The notes: generated from the letters alone by a model not told the origin. DNA of 32,000 bases from Wallemia ichthyophaga EXF-994 (GCF_000400465.1 NW_008806279.1:236107-268106), one strand, 5' to 3'; counted from the first letter of the stretch, positions 1 through 11,564 are shown. Translations and numbers: made by a program.

Positions 1-1
1 T

Positions 2-649
2 TCAAATTTACCAGGTAGATATGGGTTACTTGCACCTAGATTTACACCACATGCAGCGCACCTGATTACGCACAAATTGGCATCATTGACAGTGTTAAGG
101 TTGGTAAATCAAAAGCTAGATAGAGAAGCAACGAATAGTTTATTAGAAGCAATCTTTGAAAGTCCAAGTGATGGAGTTTTGTTTGACGCGTTGATGGATC
201 CAGCGCAGGGAGTATCAGTAATAACTAAATTGATAGTATCACAGACGATTGACGAGTATAAGAGACAGGAGTATATGGAAGCAATCAAACGAGTACTAAC
301 GAATGGAAATGTAAAAATAACAAACCCAGCCGCATACAGGAGGTTATTGGATGAGATCAATATGCCTATGAACAAGCTAAATATAATGCAACCGCTACCG
401 GGGACAACAGGTGGCAGTGGGAGTGGGAGTACAGGTGGAACACCACCAACAACGACATTTTCACCACAATTGCAACCAATGCAGCCCATTTATGGTGGAA
501 TGACGCCACCTGCGAGTCTAATGAATCTACAACTACAAGCACATGCGCAAGCCCAAGCACAAGCAGCGGTGTTAGGACATGGATCGCCACCAGTGCCTGA
601 GCAGATACTTAGAGGCTCAACAGGAAACCCATTCAACGCATTTAGATAG
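2..649 (+). CDS. JSN1: Pumilio-family RNA-binding protein of the Jsn1/Puf1-Puf2 type, 3' partial (C-terminus)
   Basis: Open frame from base 2: SNLPGRYGLLAPRFTPHAAHLITHKLASLTVLRLVNQ...LFDALMDPAQGVSVITKLI, which matches the C-terminal region of fungal Jsn1/Puf2 proteins as recalled. Followed by a Q/P/G low-complexity tail. TAG at 647-649. Confidence 0.8.
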   Translation, partial: SNLPGRYGLLAPRFTPHAAHLITHKLASLTVLRLVNQKLDREATNSLLEAIFESPSDGVLFDALMDPAQGVSVITKLIVSQTIDEYKRQEYMEAIKRVLTNGNVKITNPAAYRRLLDEINMPMNKLNIMQPLPGTTGGSGSGSTGGTPPTTTFSPQLQPMQPIYGGMTPPASLMNLQLQAHAQAQAQAAVLGHGSPPVPEQILRGSTGNPFNAFR

Positions 650-721
650 ATGAGCTTATAATGATGAATCTTTAATGTTTGACTTTGTATATAAATTTAA
701 TTCTTTAGGACCACGACAACG

Positions 722-2304
722 ATGACAATATCGATTGCGACAGCGAGCAACAGACTAAAGATGCTGTCCAGGCAGCTGTCGACGAGTAGAACATCGCCAG
801 TTTCCACTAAATCTCTTATCAACGATAGCGTCAAGGAGGTGGGTGAGAGTGCGTCATGATCAAATTAGACTTAGCAGCCTCAGTCCCCAGTGACCTTTAC
901 AGAGGGCGTTGGTCTCAAGACGTTTACTTTGAATCGCCCCAGAGCGCTCAATGCGCTCAACAGGGATATGATGAAGCTTATTAGGAGGCGTATAGGGGTT
1001 AGTGGGATTACTGGCGGAGAAAGTGGCTAAATGATGGTAGGAATGGGATGCTAATCCATCCACAGGCGTTATAGTCTCTTCAGGCGTCGGCAAGGCGTAC
1101 TGTGCTGGCGGTGACGTCAAGTGTGAGTGTGTCACAAGTGGACCATCCACCGCTCACTCCACTCCAAGCCATAGCGCTCAACGCGAACAAAGCCGAAGCG
1201 CTCCAGATTCTCAAGGAGGAGTTCGAACTCGACCACGAGCTATCGGTGCTAACGAAGCCGTACATAGCGCTAATGGATGGTTATACGATGGGGGGCGGGG
1301 CAGGAATAGCGCTACCTGCACCGGTACGTATATCTACAGACAACACCTACTTGTCTTTCCCTGAGACGAGGCTGGGCTATGCGCCCGACGTCGGTGCATC
1401 GTACTACCTTTCGCGGCTGGATGGTCAGCTGGGGACATACCTCAGTCTGACAGGTGCGGGTGTGTCGGGGAGCGACGCTTACCACCTTGGTCTATCCACG
1501 CACCACGTCTCGCCTTCCCTTTTTCCTGCTCTGCTCGCACGCCTCAGCGATCTCCCGACACCCGTCACCGCGGCGGCTGTGAGTGGGGCGGTGGAGGAGT
1601 ACACCACGCACCCTCTTCCCCGCTTAAGCGAAGAATGGCGAGGAGCACACCGCCGCGCAATTGACGACGCTTTCGGACAGGCCTCTGTGGAGGATATCGT
1701 GCAAGTGCTGCAACACCAGGCGGAGGGTGGAAATAAGGGCGTAAGTGTGTGGGCAACCTCTACACTACACACACTCCGCCAACGCCCGCCTACATCGCTT
1801 CGTGTCGCTCTCGAGGCAGTGCGTCGAGGCATGAAGATGCACAGTGTTGCGCAAGCCTTGCACCAAGAACACACATTCGCAGATGGGTTCCTACACGCCA
1901 ATGAAGATTTCGCGAAAGGCGTGCAGGCAGTCTTGGTAGATAAGGCTACCCACCCACCTGACTGGTCCCCGCGCTCGCTCAGAGATACTCATAAAGCGGA
2001 CGTCCTTGGCGCGTATTTCGCCGGTACGCAGCGCGTCCATGGTGCGAATGCACTCGATTTACGCTCGGAGAAACGCCCACTGCATGCCTTTAGGGATTTC
2101 ACCCTACCTTCCGAACACGCCGTCGAGAGTTACGTGCGCGGCTCTCATCCAGCCTCGGGCGCTAATGCCGTCACGCGCGACGAGGTACTCGCCTTCTTCA
2201 AATCCGCTCACAGCAACAAGCAGAGCAAGGCCGTTGCAGACAAGGTGCAGGAGGTGCTCGATAGATGTGCTGAGGAGAAGGGTGGGTATATGAGGTGGAT
2301 TTAA
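722..2304 (+). CDS. EHD3: Mitochondrial 3-hydroxyisobutyryl-CoA hydrolase (crotonase family)
   Basis: ATG at 722 with an R/S-rich targeting-like N-terminus. Three short introns (about 839-877, 998-1040, 1122-1168) join exons reading TLNRPRALNALN, KAYCAGGDV, ALMDGYTMGGGAGI, FPETRLGYAPDVGASYYLSRLDG, DFAKGVQAVLVDK. Confidence 0.93.
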
Positions 2305-2372
2305 GTGAATTTAAGTGAATATGAATGTGTACGTGTATGATGGATAAATAACTCTAAATTAAAGGTTGACAT

Positions 2373-4225
2373 TTACACACTCTCCACTACCAAACTACCA
2401 ATACTGTCATTCTGGATAAACTCAAACGCCTCTCGACAGACATCTCTGAGGAGGGAGGAGTTGCGCATGGCGACGTCAGCGAGGGGTCTTCTAGCAAAGA
2501 GGGAGAGGAGGGAGGTGACGCGAGGGTGAGGGTGGGTTAGGGCGTTTGAGTGGACATCATCGCCACTATCCTGCTGCTGCTGCTGCTCCTGTACCTGCGC
2601 CTGGCTAGGCGGCACAGGTAGACCATAGTAGCCTTTAGACTCTGGTCTGTTAGCTTCGTCAGTTTGGAGGACGTTCTTTGCGAGTGGGTTCGCCTTCTGG
2701 GCGAGCAAACGCAGGAGGAGTGCAGCCTGGTAAGCGATGCCGCGGGGAAAGGCATCGTCATCGCATGGCACGTGCAGGAGAGTGTAGGCGACGCCTGGTG
2801 GGCGTGCGTTGGCATGCGCGTCGGCAGCTGTGACTTTCTGCTGTTTGCGCGACCTTGCACTCCCGCCCCCACCCACCAATGCCAACACCCTTCCCTTCAG
2901 CTGCGTCCCCCGCGGGACGGAAGAGGTGGAGTCGACGGCAAATAGCACCCCTCCCCACGTGAATGTGACGGGCGGGGTGGGGATATCGATGTAAGTGCGC
3001 GAAATATACGCATACAACTCGTCGGGGGTAGCGAAGGTGGTGCGGTCGTCGCCCCAGTAGCAAGTGTAGGAGGGAGAGGGAGAGGGCGATTGTGATTTTT
3101 CTTGTGATTGCGAGTCACGGTGAGCGTGAAGATGCTCCTGCACTCGCGCACACACCTCCTCATCACCCAGCAAAGGGGTGTGGTAGGCGTATTTAGACAG
3201 TGTGTCGCGGTAAAGAGTGAGGAGGGACTGTGGGATGGAGGGAAGATTTGTGGGGTTTAGAGCCCATACCGCTTTGATCCTGTTGTATGTGTGAGTGAGA
3301 GAAATGAAACACACTATCACCACACTTACCACTCGCGCGTTCGGTTGGGTTCAGTCATCATACCGATACGCTCGCATTCTTCGTCCGAGAGAGAGACAAG
3401 AGGAGGGGCGTTGGTCGTATCTGTAAATTCGCACCGCCGCTCTTCTTCAATAGTCTCGTCGTAGAGCATGTAAGCAAGGGATTTTACGAGAATTGGAAGG
3501 TGGGCGTGGGTGAGGAGGTGGGTGAGTATGGCGGGGGATGTGGATGCACTGGCGTAGATGAATTCTAAAGCAGCAGCGCGGAGGTGAGCGTCAGGGAGGA
3601 GAGCCGAGTCGATGGCGGGTGAGAAGACGCGTAGGGATTGGTGGTGGACGCGCGGAAGGTGGGGGTTGTTACGTACGAAGACGGCGATAAGGCGGAGAGA
3701 GAGGAGAACGTAGGCTCTGTCGTGGGAGTGGATGAGATCTGCAATCATACCAAGTAAAGGGTTCTTTGGTGGCTCTTGAAGGAGGTCACCGATGGATTCC
3801 AAGATGGAGAGTAGCTTCAGGGTGATTTCGTTGGCGGTGTCGGAAGAGTAGAGGAAGCGTAGATAACGCTGAGATAAAGCGAGGATGGTTTTGTGGTGAG
3901 AGTGGATGATAGGGAGGTTAGAGTGGGTGATTGATAGATTGTTGATGATCGTGAGAGCGTCGTTTGCTTGGTGGTTGAGCGTTTGATAAGAACTGTGATT
4001 GTAATCTAGATTGTTATCAGATAAGCATTTAGAGGCCTCGATAGGGAAATCAAATAACGCGTCTAATAAACCATGAAAATGATTTACATTGAAATGATGA
4101 GTTTGATTGGAGGATACGAGTAATTGAGAGAGAGCCCAGTCAGTTTCAGCTAATAAACCTGATTTAAGAGATAAATAAATTCTATCCATGTCCACGTTTT
4201 CCGGGTAGATGTCTTCAGATGACAT
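2373..4225 (-). CDS. RSC9: RSC chromatin-remodelling subunit Rsc9-like (no N-terminal ARID visible)
   Basis: ATG at 4225: MSSEDIYP...RIYLSLKSGLLAETDWALSQL. One GT-AG intron at 3329-3280 joins EPNRTREW|IKAVW (RFX-like region). C-terminal GIAYQAALLLRLLA motif is typical of fungal Rsc9. Confidence 0.7.
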
Positions 4226-4470
4226 GGTGGTGTGGGTGTAAGGAAGATGAGATAACGATGGAGATAAGCAATAGAGATGGAGATAAGAGATGGAGAATAC
4301 ACAGACGTAATTGACAACAACTCGCTTAATGCGGATGATGGCTATGTCAGTGGTGGTAAGAAGCCGCAGGGGAAGTGGGAGAGTGGAATGTTTTGAAGGT
4401 CGTGAATTAAATTCAAAGAAATATATAAGATAGACAAATGAGTAAAATTTACTTAGGAATTTCAAACATT

Positions 4471-4512
4471 CTTGGCAAATAGATGATAATCATCTTGGCA
4501 AAAAACCTTGGC
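4471..4512 (-). promoter_or_regulatory. Cluster of three PacC/Rim101 consensus sites (GCCAAG)
   Basis: CTTGGC at 4471-4476, 4494-4499 and 4507-4512. The first two read TGCCAAGA on the minus strand. They lie 27-68 bp upstream of the pacC ATG. Confidence 0.8.
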
Positions 4513-4538
4513 TTGTTGAGATACAGTCAACAGGGAGA

Positions 4539-6882
4539 ATGGCGAGTATAGTGTAATAATAAATAAATAGTCTAATAGATATCTCAGGCAGATGAAATAC
4601 TCCAATGTGAATGGACTGGCTGTTCAGAACAATTCCACGATCCTTCCAGTCTATTTGAACATCTATCGAATAACCATATAGGGAGGAAATCACAGGGGAA
4701 TTTATCACTTGAATGCAAATGGCACAATTGCTCTGTTAAAGTTACAAAGAGAGATCACATGACTTCACATATCAGAGTACACGTTCCACTAAAACCGCAC
4801 AAGTGTTCTCTGTGTAATAAGCAGTTCAAGCGCCCACAGGATCTGAAGAAGCATGAGAAGACACATGGTGACGAGGTGGTTGATCCTAGTGGTAATAGTA
4901 ATACTACTAGTAACACACCCATTTACCCTACGCTACCCTCCAATAAACCCACTCAACCCATTCAACCCACAAACAATTGCAAATCAAAGGATGCTCAATA
5001 CCTGTACAACTACTTCCACCGCAATCAATCCAACTCGGTACCTATTTCGGCAAATGTCTCGGCTTCTAACCCGGCGCCTATCTCGACAAACGATTTCACT
5101 AACAATTCCCCCTCCTATCAATCCATCTACCCTGATTGGAATTCTCACATAAATCAACTCAATTCCTTCAACTACAGCGTTCCTCCAAAATTTCATGATT
5201 TGAAATCTGGTCAGAAGAGAGGCATTGAAGCGCTATCAATGGATGAATTAGTTGATGATTTAATGAGAAAGAAGTTGGCTCAACAGCAGGTGATTCAACA
5301 GCAGCCCCACACTCAATCACAGTCCAATCAACAACAGCCACACACTCAATCACACCAACAAAACCCCCTCTTCGACAACAAGATTTGCGACTCTCTCTGC
5401 CACATGTACAACTACGCTAACATACCTCCCCCACCTGCTGTCCCACACGCAGCTCCACCTGTACCACCCGCTCCACCAACAATCACTAACCTTAATTATC
5501 ACATCAACAGCGGTGAAGACTTAGCTGGTGTTAACAGCCTACTCGTTCAACTAGGCAGGGAAGCTGTCAGTACTCTTAGCTCCAATTCAAACTCCTCCTC
5601 CCCACACTCCTCAGAAGACATTTTTGATCCAGCTACGCTTGCTACTTTTGGTTTATCACCGAGTGACTCAAGTAGTGATGGTTTCATTGATTATTCGGGT
5701 GATTATGCTGATTACGCTGATTATTCGGGTGACTTTGGTGATTATAATGATTATCCAACTAATCAATCTCATCCACAACCTAATTCCCACTCCCTCTCCA
5801 CCTCTTTCCCTGCTATCGACTCCTCCTTATATCCCCAACTCGAGAAGAAACACAAATCCAACAATTCCAACAACTCTCACCCTGCTTTCCTCCCTGAATT
5901 CTCACTCTCTCCTCCCCAAATTGCTCTCAGCGGCAATGAAAATGGTTATGGCAACAGCAGTGGGAGTATATCAGAAAACAAGGTCAAAAAAGTTAAAGTG
6001 CCTCAGCTCACCAAGGCTAATATGAGGGGTGTGAGGGGTGTGAGGAGTGTGAGGAGTGTGAAAGGTGTGGGTAGTCCAACTAGTGCAACCAGTCCAACCA
6101 GTATACACAGTCTACTCGATGAGCCCATGGACCAAGATGACAATCAATTTGACGCGGAGAAATTAGATAAACTCGAAAATCTGGAGGAAAAGGAAAAGGA
6201 AATGGAAATAGAGACCAACTCAGATACATCTTCACACTCGCACTCCACAAACGCACCAATGCACCCTAACCCCAATCTCACCCTTCCGCCGATCATCACA
6301 GCGCCACCTAGTCCACCGACTGCATCTACCGGACTCAGTCCATTGCAGATAGCGGGTGCGTTATCTCCGACGCCACACGGAGGTATAAAGACTGAATCGA
6401 GACCAACATCGAGTAATGAGGATTTTACTGGCAGTGGCACATCTACGTCTAGGTCTAGGTCTAGATCCGTTTCGACTTCCACTTCCACTTCAACCCCCAG
6501 ACCAAGTTCCACGTCGCGCAGTGGTAATTGGAGAAATGGGGATGATGTGGCGATGCAACCGCATTCGCAGTCACTGCCTGAACCAAAATCAAACAAAAAA
6601 TCAAACCCGCCCAGTCACTCCCCCGCTACTGGTCTCGAAGCCCTCGCTCTTGCTGCAACGGCTAACGCGACGCGAACTGAAGAATCGAGTGGGATCGGCG
6701 AGAACACGGAGCACAGGAAGCACTCCGATCAGACAAATCGCACAATTCGCGCTGTGCACGTCATCAGAGCACTCCTCTACACTATCAATCTCGATTATAA
6801 GCAAAGGGAGGACAAGCAGAAGGTGAATAAAATGGATAGCAAGGATAGTTATCTATTAGGCACACACACACAAACATACTAG
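4539..6882 (+). CDS. pacC: pH-response C2H2 zinc-finger transcription factor PacC/Rim101
   Basis: Three fingers: [77 protein letters not shown] (open from 4588, upstream of the listed ORF start). YPTL and YPQL motifs (YPxL, PalA/Rim20-binding type). First exon inferred as ATG 4539-4541 followed by an intron at 4542-4587. Confidence 0.95.
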
Positions 6883-7099
6883 CTAGCTGGCTAGCTGTTT
6901 CACTCATTCTCATTTTCATTCTCAAACTCAATTGTCAAATTGTAAATATGTATTCTAGATAATAACGTGGGTATGTGTGGGACTGAAAAAAACATGGTGA
7001 AAATTATGGTGTTATGGTGTTACGATGAAAAGGTTGAGTAAGACATGGGGCGTGAAACAGGACGAAAGTTTGCTATTTACACTTATCCAGCTTATCGAA

Positions 7100-8248
7100 C
7101 TAATCGGCCGTTTCACATTCAGGCCCAGGCTCACCTAGACGCTGCTTTCCCCTCACCAACTTACCTTGCATCTCCATAGCGCCTGCCTTCTCACCACATC
7201 CACCACCGGTCAATTCTCTCAACGACGGTAGCTTAGATCTAACTTTAACGGGTGAGTCGTTATCATGATCTTGATCATTATCGTTGTCCTTGTACCGTGC
7301 ACGTGGAGTATGTGGGTTATTCAGTGGACTGAAAGGCATATGTTTTGGTGTTGGTGCGAGACCGAGTTTGGTGGCTAGATCTGAGTGAGCGGGAGAACTC
7401 AAGTATTCAAACTTGTTAGTCTTGACAGTGTCGCTGATATTCCGATTCTTCTCTTTAAACAAAGCGGGTAGTGTTGGTGGAGGTGTGTTGGTGCCGCTCA
7501 ACATCATATTCTCGGTTGTTGGTACACGCGTTGTTTGCCGGTAGGGTGTTATTGCTGGTAGCTTGAATGGTGTGATATCATTACCGTCTTCCCTGAATAT
7601 CTCAAATCTGGGTATCGAAGGTGGTGCGCGGGTGGGGTAAGTGAGAGGAGGCAGGGTGGATTGTGAAGGCGTGTGTTTGATTGGAGTGAGAGAAGGTGGA
7701 GTCGGAGTGGGTGTGGGGTTCTTTCGGTTGTTTTCAGCCGTGTTTTCAATGTTACTGTCACCACCTTCATTAAGTGTTCGACTCCTTTGCCGCTTATTTG
7801 CCGCCCACCTCCGCTTGCTCTCAAGCATACGCCTACGCCTATCGTCGTCATCCTTAGGCCGATCGTGGCTGTTATCCCAACGTGTGCGTCGTGGTTGAGC
7901 AGTCAATGGAATCCCGTGTTTCTCTTGGTAATGTCTTCTGAGGATAGAACGTGCGTGTCTGCCTGTGTACGATTTATCGCAGTGCTCGCAGTAACAAACA
8001 GTGTGAGTCGATTTTGTGTTTGTCGGTGTCGGGATTGGTGTGTTTGAGGTTGGAGCTATGGCTGAAGTTGTCCTCATGCTCGTTGTGGCTGTGCTTGCGC
8101 TCGTGCTTGTTGCTGTGCTTGTGCTCGTGGATGTACCCGTGCACTCCGCTGTACTCGTGCTACTCCTGGTTCTGGGAATACGCCTTGTACTTTGCTCAGC
8201 ACTACCACTCCCGTCCCCACTCGTCTTATCGAGAATATTATCTTTCAT
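7100..8248 (-). CDS. Uncharacterised protein with a single C2H2-like zinc finger and low-complexity flanks
   Basis: Intronless 382-aa ORF with ATG start. Contains CEHCDKSYTGRHARSILRRHYQEKHGIPLTAQPRRTRWD...RRRRMLESKRRWAANKR, which resembles a conserved fungal domain of unknown function. Confidence 0.7.
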   Translation of the reverse strand: MKDNILDKTSGDGSGSAEQSTRRIPRTRSSTSTAECTGTSTSTSTATSTSASTATTSMRTTSAIAPTSNTPIPTPTNTKSTHTVCYCEHCDKSYTGRHARSILRRHYQEKHGIPLTAQPRRTRWDNSHDRPKDDDDRRRRMLESKRRWAANKRQRSRTLNEGGDSNIENTAENNRKNPTPTPTPPSLTPIKHTPSQSTLPPLTYPTRAPPSIPRFEIFREDGNDITPFKLPAITPYRQTTRVPTTENMMLSGTNTPPPTLPALFKEKNRNISDTVKTNKFEYLSSPAHSDLATKLGLAPTPKHMPFSPLNNPHTPRARYKDNDNDQDHDNDSPVKVRSKLPSLRELTGGGCGEKAGAMEMQGKLVRGKQRLGEPGPECETAD

Positions 8249-8298
8249 CTACTCATGGGCGTTGAAGAAATGGAGGTTTTGTGATGGATGGGCGTTGA

Positions 8299-9561
<1,263 letters not shown>

Positions 9562-9570
9562 TGTAATTAT

Positions 9571-10863
9571 TTATTTATTTAGATTTCTTTTCAATACAGG
9601 TGGGAGTGTTTTCTGAGGTTTGCCTGGGTTGCTTGCCTTGTCTGCCTTTTTCGCCCTCCTATTCGACCATCTCAATTGATAATTGAGTCGAGCAAAGTGT
9701 ATCCACAATTTGTCAGCGTTGAATGGGTATCGCAAGCTAGGCTTGGTATTGGGTATTCTTTCAAGTATAAAAACGTGTTCATTAAATGTCCTACGCTGAG
9801 CTTGTGTTGATAGTGTTGATTGTCTTGTTTTCGTCAGTCTGTCTTTAAACTTGGCTAGTAAATCCTGACGCAAGTCCTGAATTGTTTGCAATTGCGTGGG
9901 TTGCGTGGGCTGCGTGAGTTGCTTCTGCTCCTTGTGCTCACTCAACCCCTTCAACTCACTCCCCAACCTCCTCTTTTTCTGCTTACTAGCGCGCTGAGCT
10001 GCGAGTGATTCGAGGATTTGCTTGCGTGGTGCGGGTGGGGCAAGTGTGGATGGAATTTCCGTCTTTTCAATCTGCTCCACCTCCTCATACATCCGCTTCC
10101 TCTCCGCGAAACGCCTAGGTTCAGGCTGCATCGAGAGTCTAGCCAGCGTGAGGTATTTCTCTCGCGCCTCTCTTTCACTCTCTTTGTACGCTGTCTGTGT
10201 GTGATTCTCGTGATTCGTATATGTTGCCTCATCTCCATCGAGCCCAAACATCCTCGATGGCGCCGGAGTGCGTCTACCGAGAGGAACATTTCTGATGCTT
10301 TTCAGTGGGGATGGGGGTGGTAGTGTGTGTGTGTGTGTTTGTGCGTGATTACTTGACTCATTCGCATCTTCCAAGTCGCTGGAAGTGGTAGCACTGTTAG
10401 CACCATCACTATCACTATTCGCTTCACTGTCGCTAGGTATTACGATTATTTTGCGTCTGTGAGTGTGTCTGGGCGATTCCTTATCGCTGTTGCTATCGCT
10501 ATCGCTATTGCGGCTGCTCCCACTGCTCAGGTCTTCTGTATCACTATCGCTATCGATATAAATCCTGCTATCACCCCCGCTTTCACTATCAACCTCACTG
10601 ACCTCACTACTGCTGCTGATTTCAACTATGTCTTTGGTGTTGGAGTGGGATACGCTGCTCCGTCTGCTCTGTCTTGGGGGGATGGAGCTGGCAGCCACAC
10701 TAACACTCCTGATACTGTTGTCACTCGGCCTACTACCAGGGCTACCAGTGCTACCAGTACTTGCAGTACTACCACCTCTGCCACTACCAATACCCCCAAT
10801 ATCCCGTCTTCCATTGTAGAAACTGCTAACAAGGCTCTCTATCGCTCTATTAACAAAATTCAT
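9571..10863 (-). CDS. Hypothetical S/D-rich, largely disordered protein with basic clusters
   Basis: 430-aa ATG-initiated ORF with no competing long frame. Possible folded C-terminal segment HVFILERIP..LRYPFNADKLWIHFARLNYQLRW. Family not recognised. Confidence 0.65.
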   Translation of the reverse strand: MNFVNRAIESLVSSFYNGRRDIGGIGSGRGGSTASTGSTGSPGSRPSDNSIRSVSVAASSIPPRQSRRSSVSHSNTKDIVEISSSSEVSEVDSESGGDSRIYIDSDSDTEDLSSGSSRNSDSDSNSDKESPRHTHRRKIIVIPSDSEANSDSDGANSATTSSDLEDANESSNHAQTHTHTLPPPSPLKSIRNVPLGRRTPAPSRMFGLDGDEATYTNHENHTQTAYKESEREAREKYLTLARLSMQPEPRRFAERKRMYEEVEQIEKTEIPSTLAPPAPRKQILESLAAQRASKQKKRRLGSELKGLSEHKEQKQLTQPTQPTQLQTIQDLRQDLLAKFKDRLTKTRQSTLSTQAQRRTFNEHVFILERIPNTKPSLRYPFNADKLWIHFARLNYQLRWSNRRAKKADKASNPGKPQKTLPPVLKRNLNK

Positions 10864-11053
10864 TCTTGACGATCAATTCCGCGTGTTTGGTGCAAGTGGA
10901 AGCGTGTCAAATAAATTTGGAAAGAGTGTGTTTTTATCGCTATGAACTATTACAAGAAGGAATAGAATAATTTATCGCTGTTTGTCATCCTGAGAGAGAG
11001 CCAGCTCCTCGAATTACCAGATAACCAGATAAACAGATAGCCACATAGTAATA

Positions 11054-11503
11054 CTATACTGCCGTGATGGAAATAGATGGAATGTCTGTTCTTCTTGGTG
11101 GTGGCGTTGACTCGGCTGTCGTTGCTGCTCTCACACCCCCACCTCTCCTGCCCAGCGTCGCAATCATCGTCTTACCTTCACTGACGTGTCTTGAAGGTGT
11201 ACCAATATCGCTGCCATGCTTTTGAAGCAGTCTCAGTCTGATTTCATCAAGTGTCGGCGTAGTTCTACGACGCGTCTCGTTCGTCTTGACGAATCCCCTA
11301 CCGCGTAGGAATGGCTTAGGTTGTTTGGCTGGTGAAACACTTGTGCCAGACATTACCGTTGCTATCGTTGGAAGTGATGCTGTAGCATCTGCGCGTGATT
11401 GTGTGGATTGAGTAGGTTGAATTCCCTGTGTAACCTGTGTACCCTGGCTAATGCGTTGTGTACCGCCATTATCCATCTGTGTTGATCCTTGTATTGTGTT
11501 CAT
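11054..11503 (-). CDS. Hypothetical protein with N-terminal S/T-Q cluster
   Basis: 149-aa ATG-initiated ORF between two other genes. The 3' end could be modified by an unresolved intron. Confidence 0.45.
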   Translation of the reverse strand: MNTIQGSTQMDNGGTQRISQGTQVTQGIQPTQSTQSRADATASLPTIATVMSGTSVSPAKQPKPFLRGRGFVKTNETRRRTTPTLDEIRLRLLQKHGSDIGTPSRHVSEGKTMIATLGRRGGGVRAATTAESTPPPRRTDIPSISITAV

Positions 11504-11534
11504 GCTTAATTTGGTCCAGCCAATTATTTTAAAT

Positions 11535-11564
11535 CGCGGTTTCAGTTTTACGCGGTTTCGGTTT
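11535..11564. promoter_or_regulatory. Tandem CGCG-containing direct repeat (MCB/SCB-like) in a divergent promoter
   Basis: CGCGGTTTCAGTTT (11535-11548) and CGCGGTTTCGGTTT (11551-11564), 13/14 identical, between ATGs at 11503 (-) and 11623 (+). Confidence 0.45.

Noticed and set aside
4226-4465. N-terminal extension of the 3326-4465 ORF (MKFLSKFY...)
   Set aside because: Pyrimidine-rich leader-like sequence with a non-ATG start; the conserved protein begins at ATG 4225.
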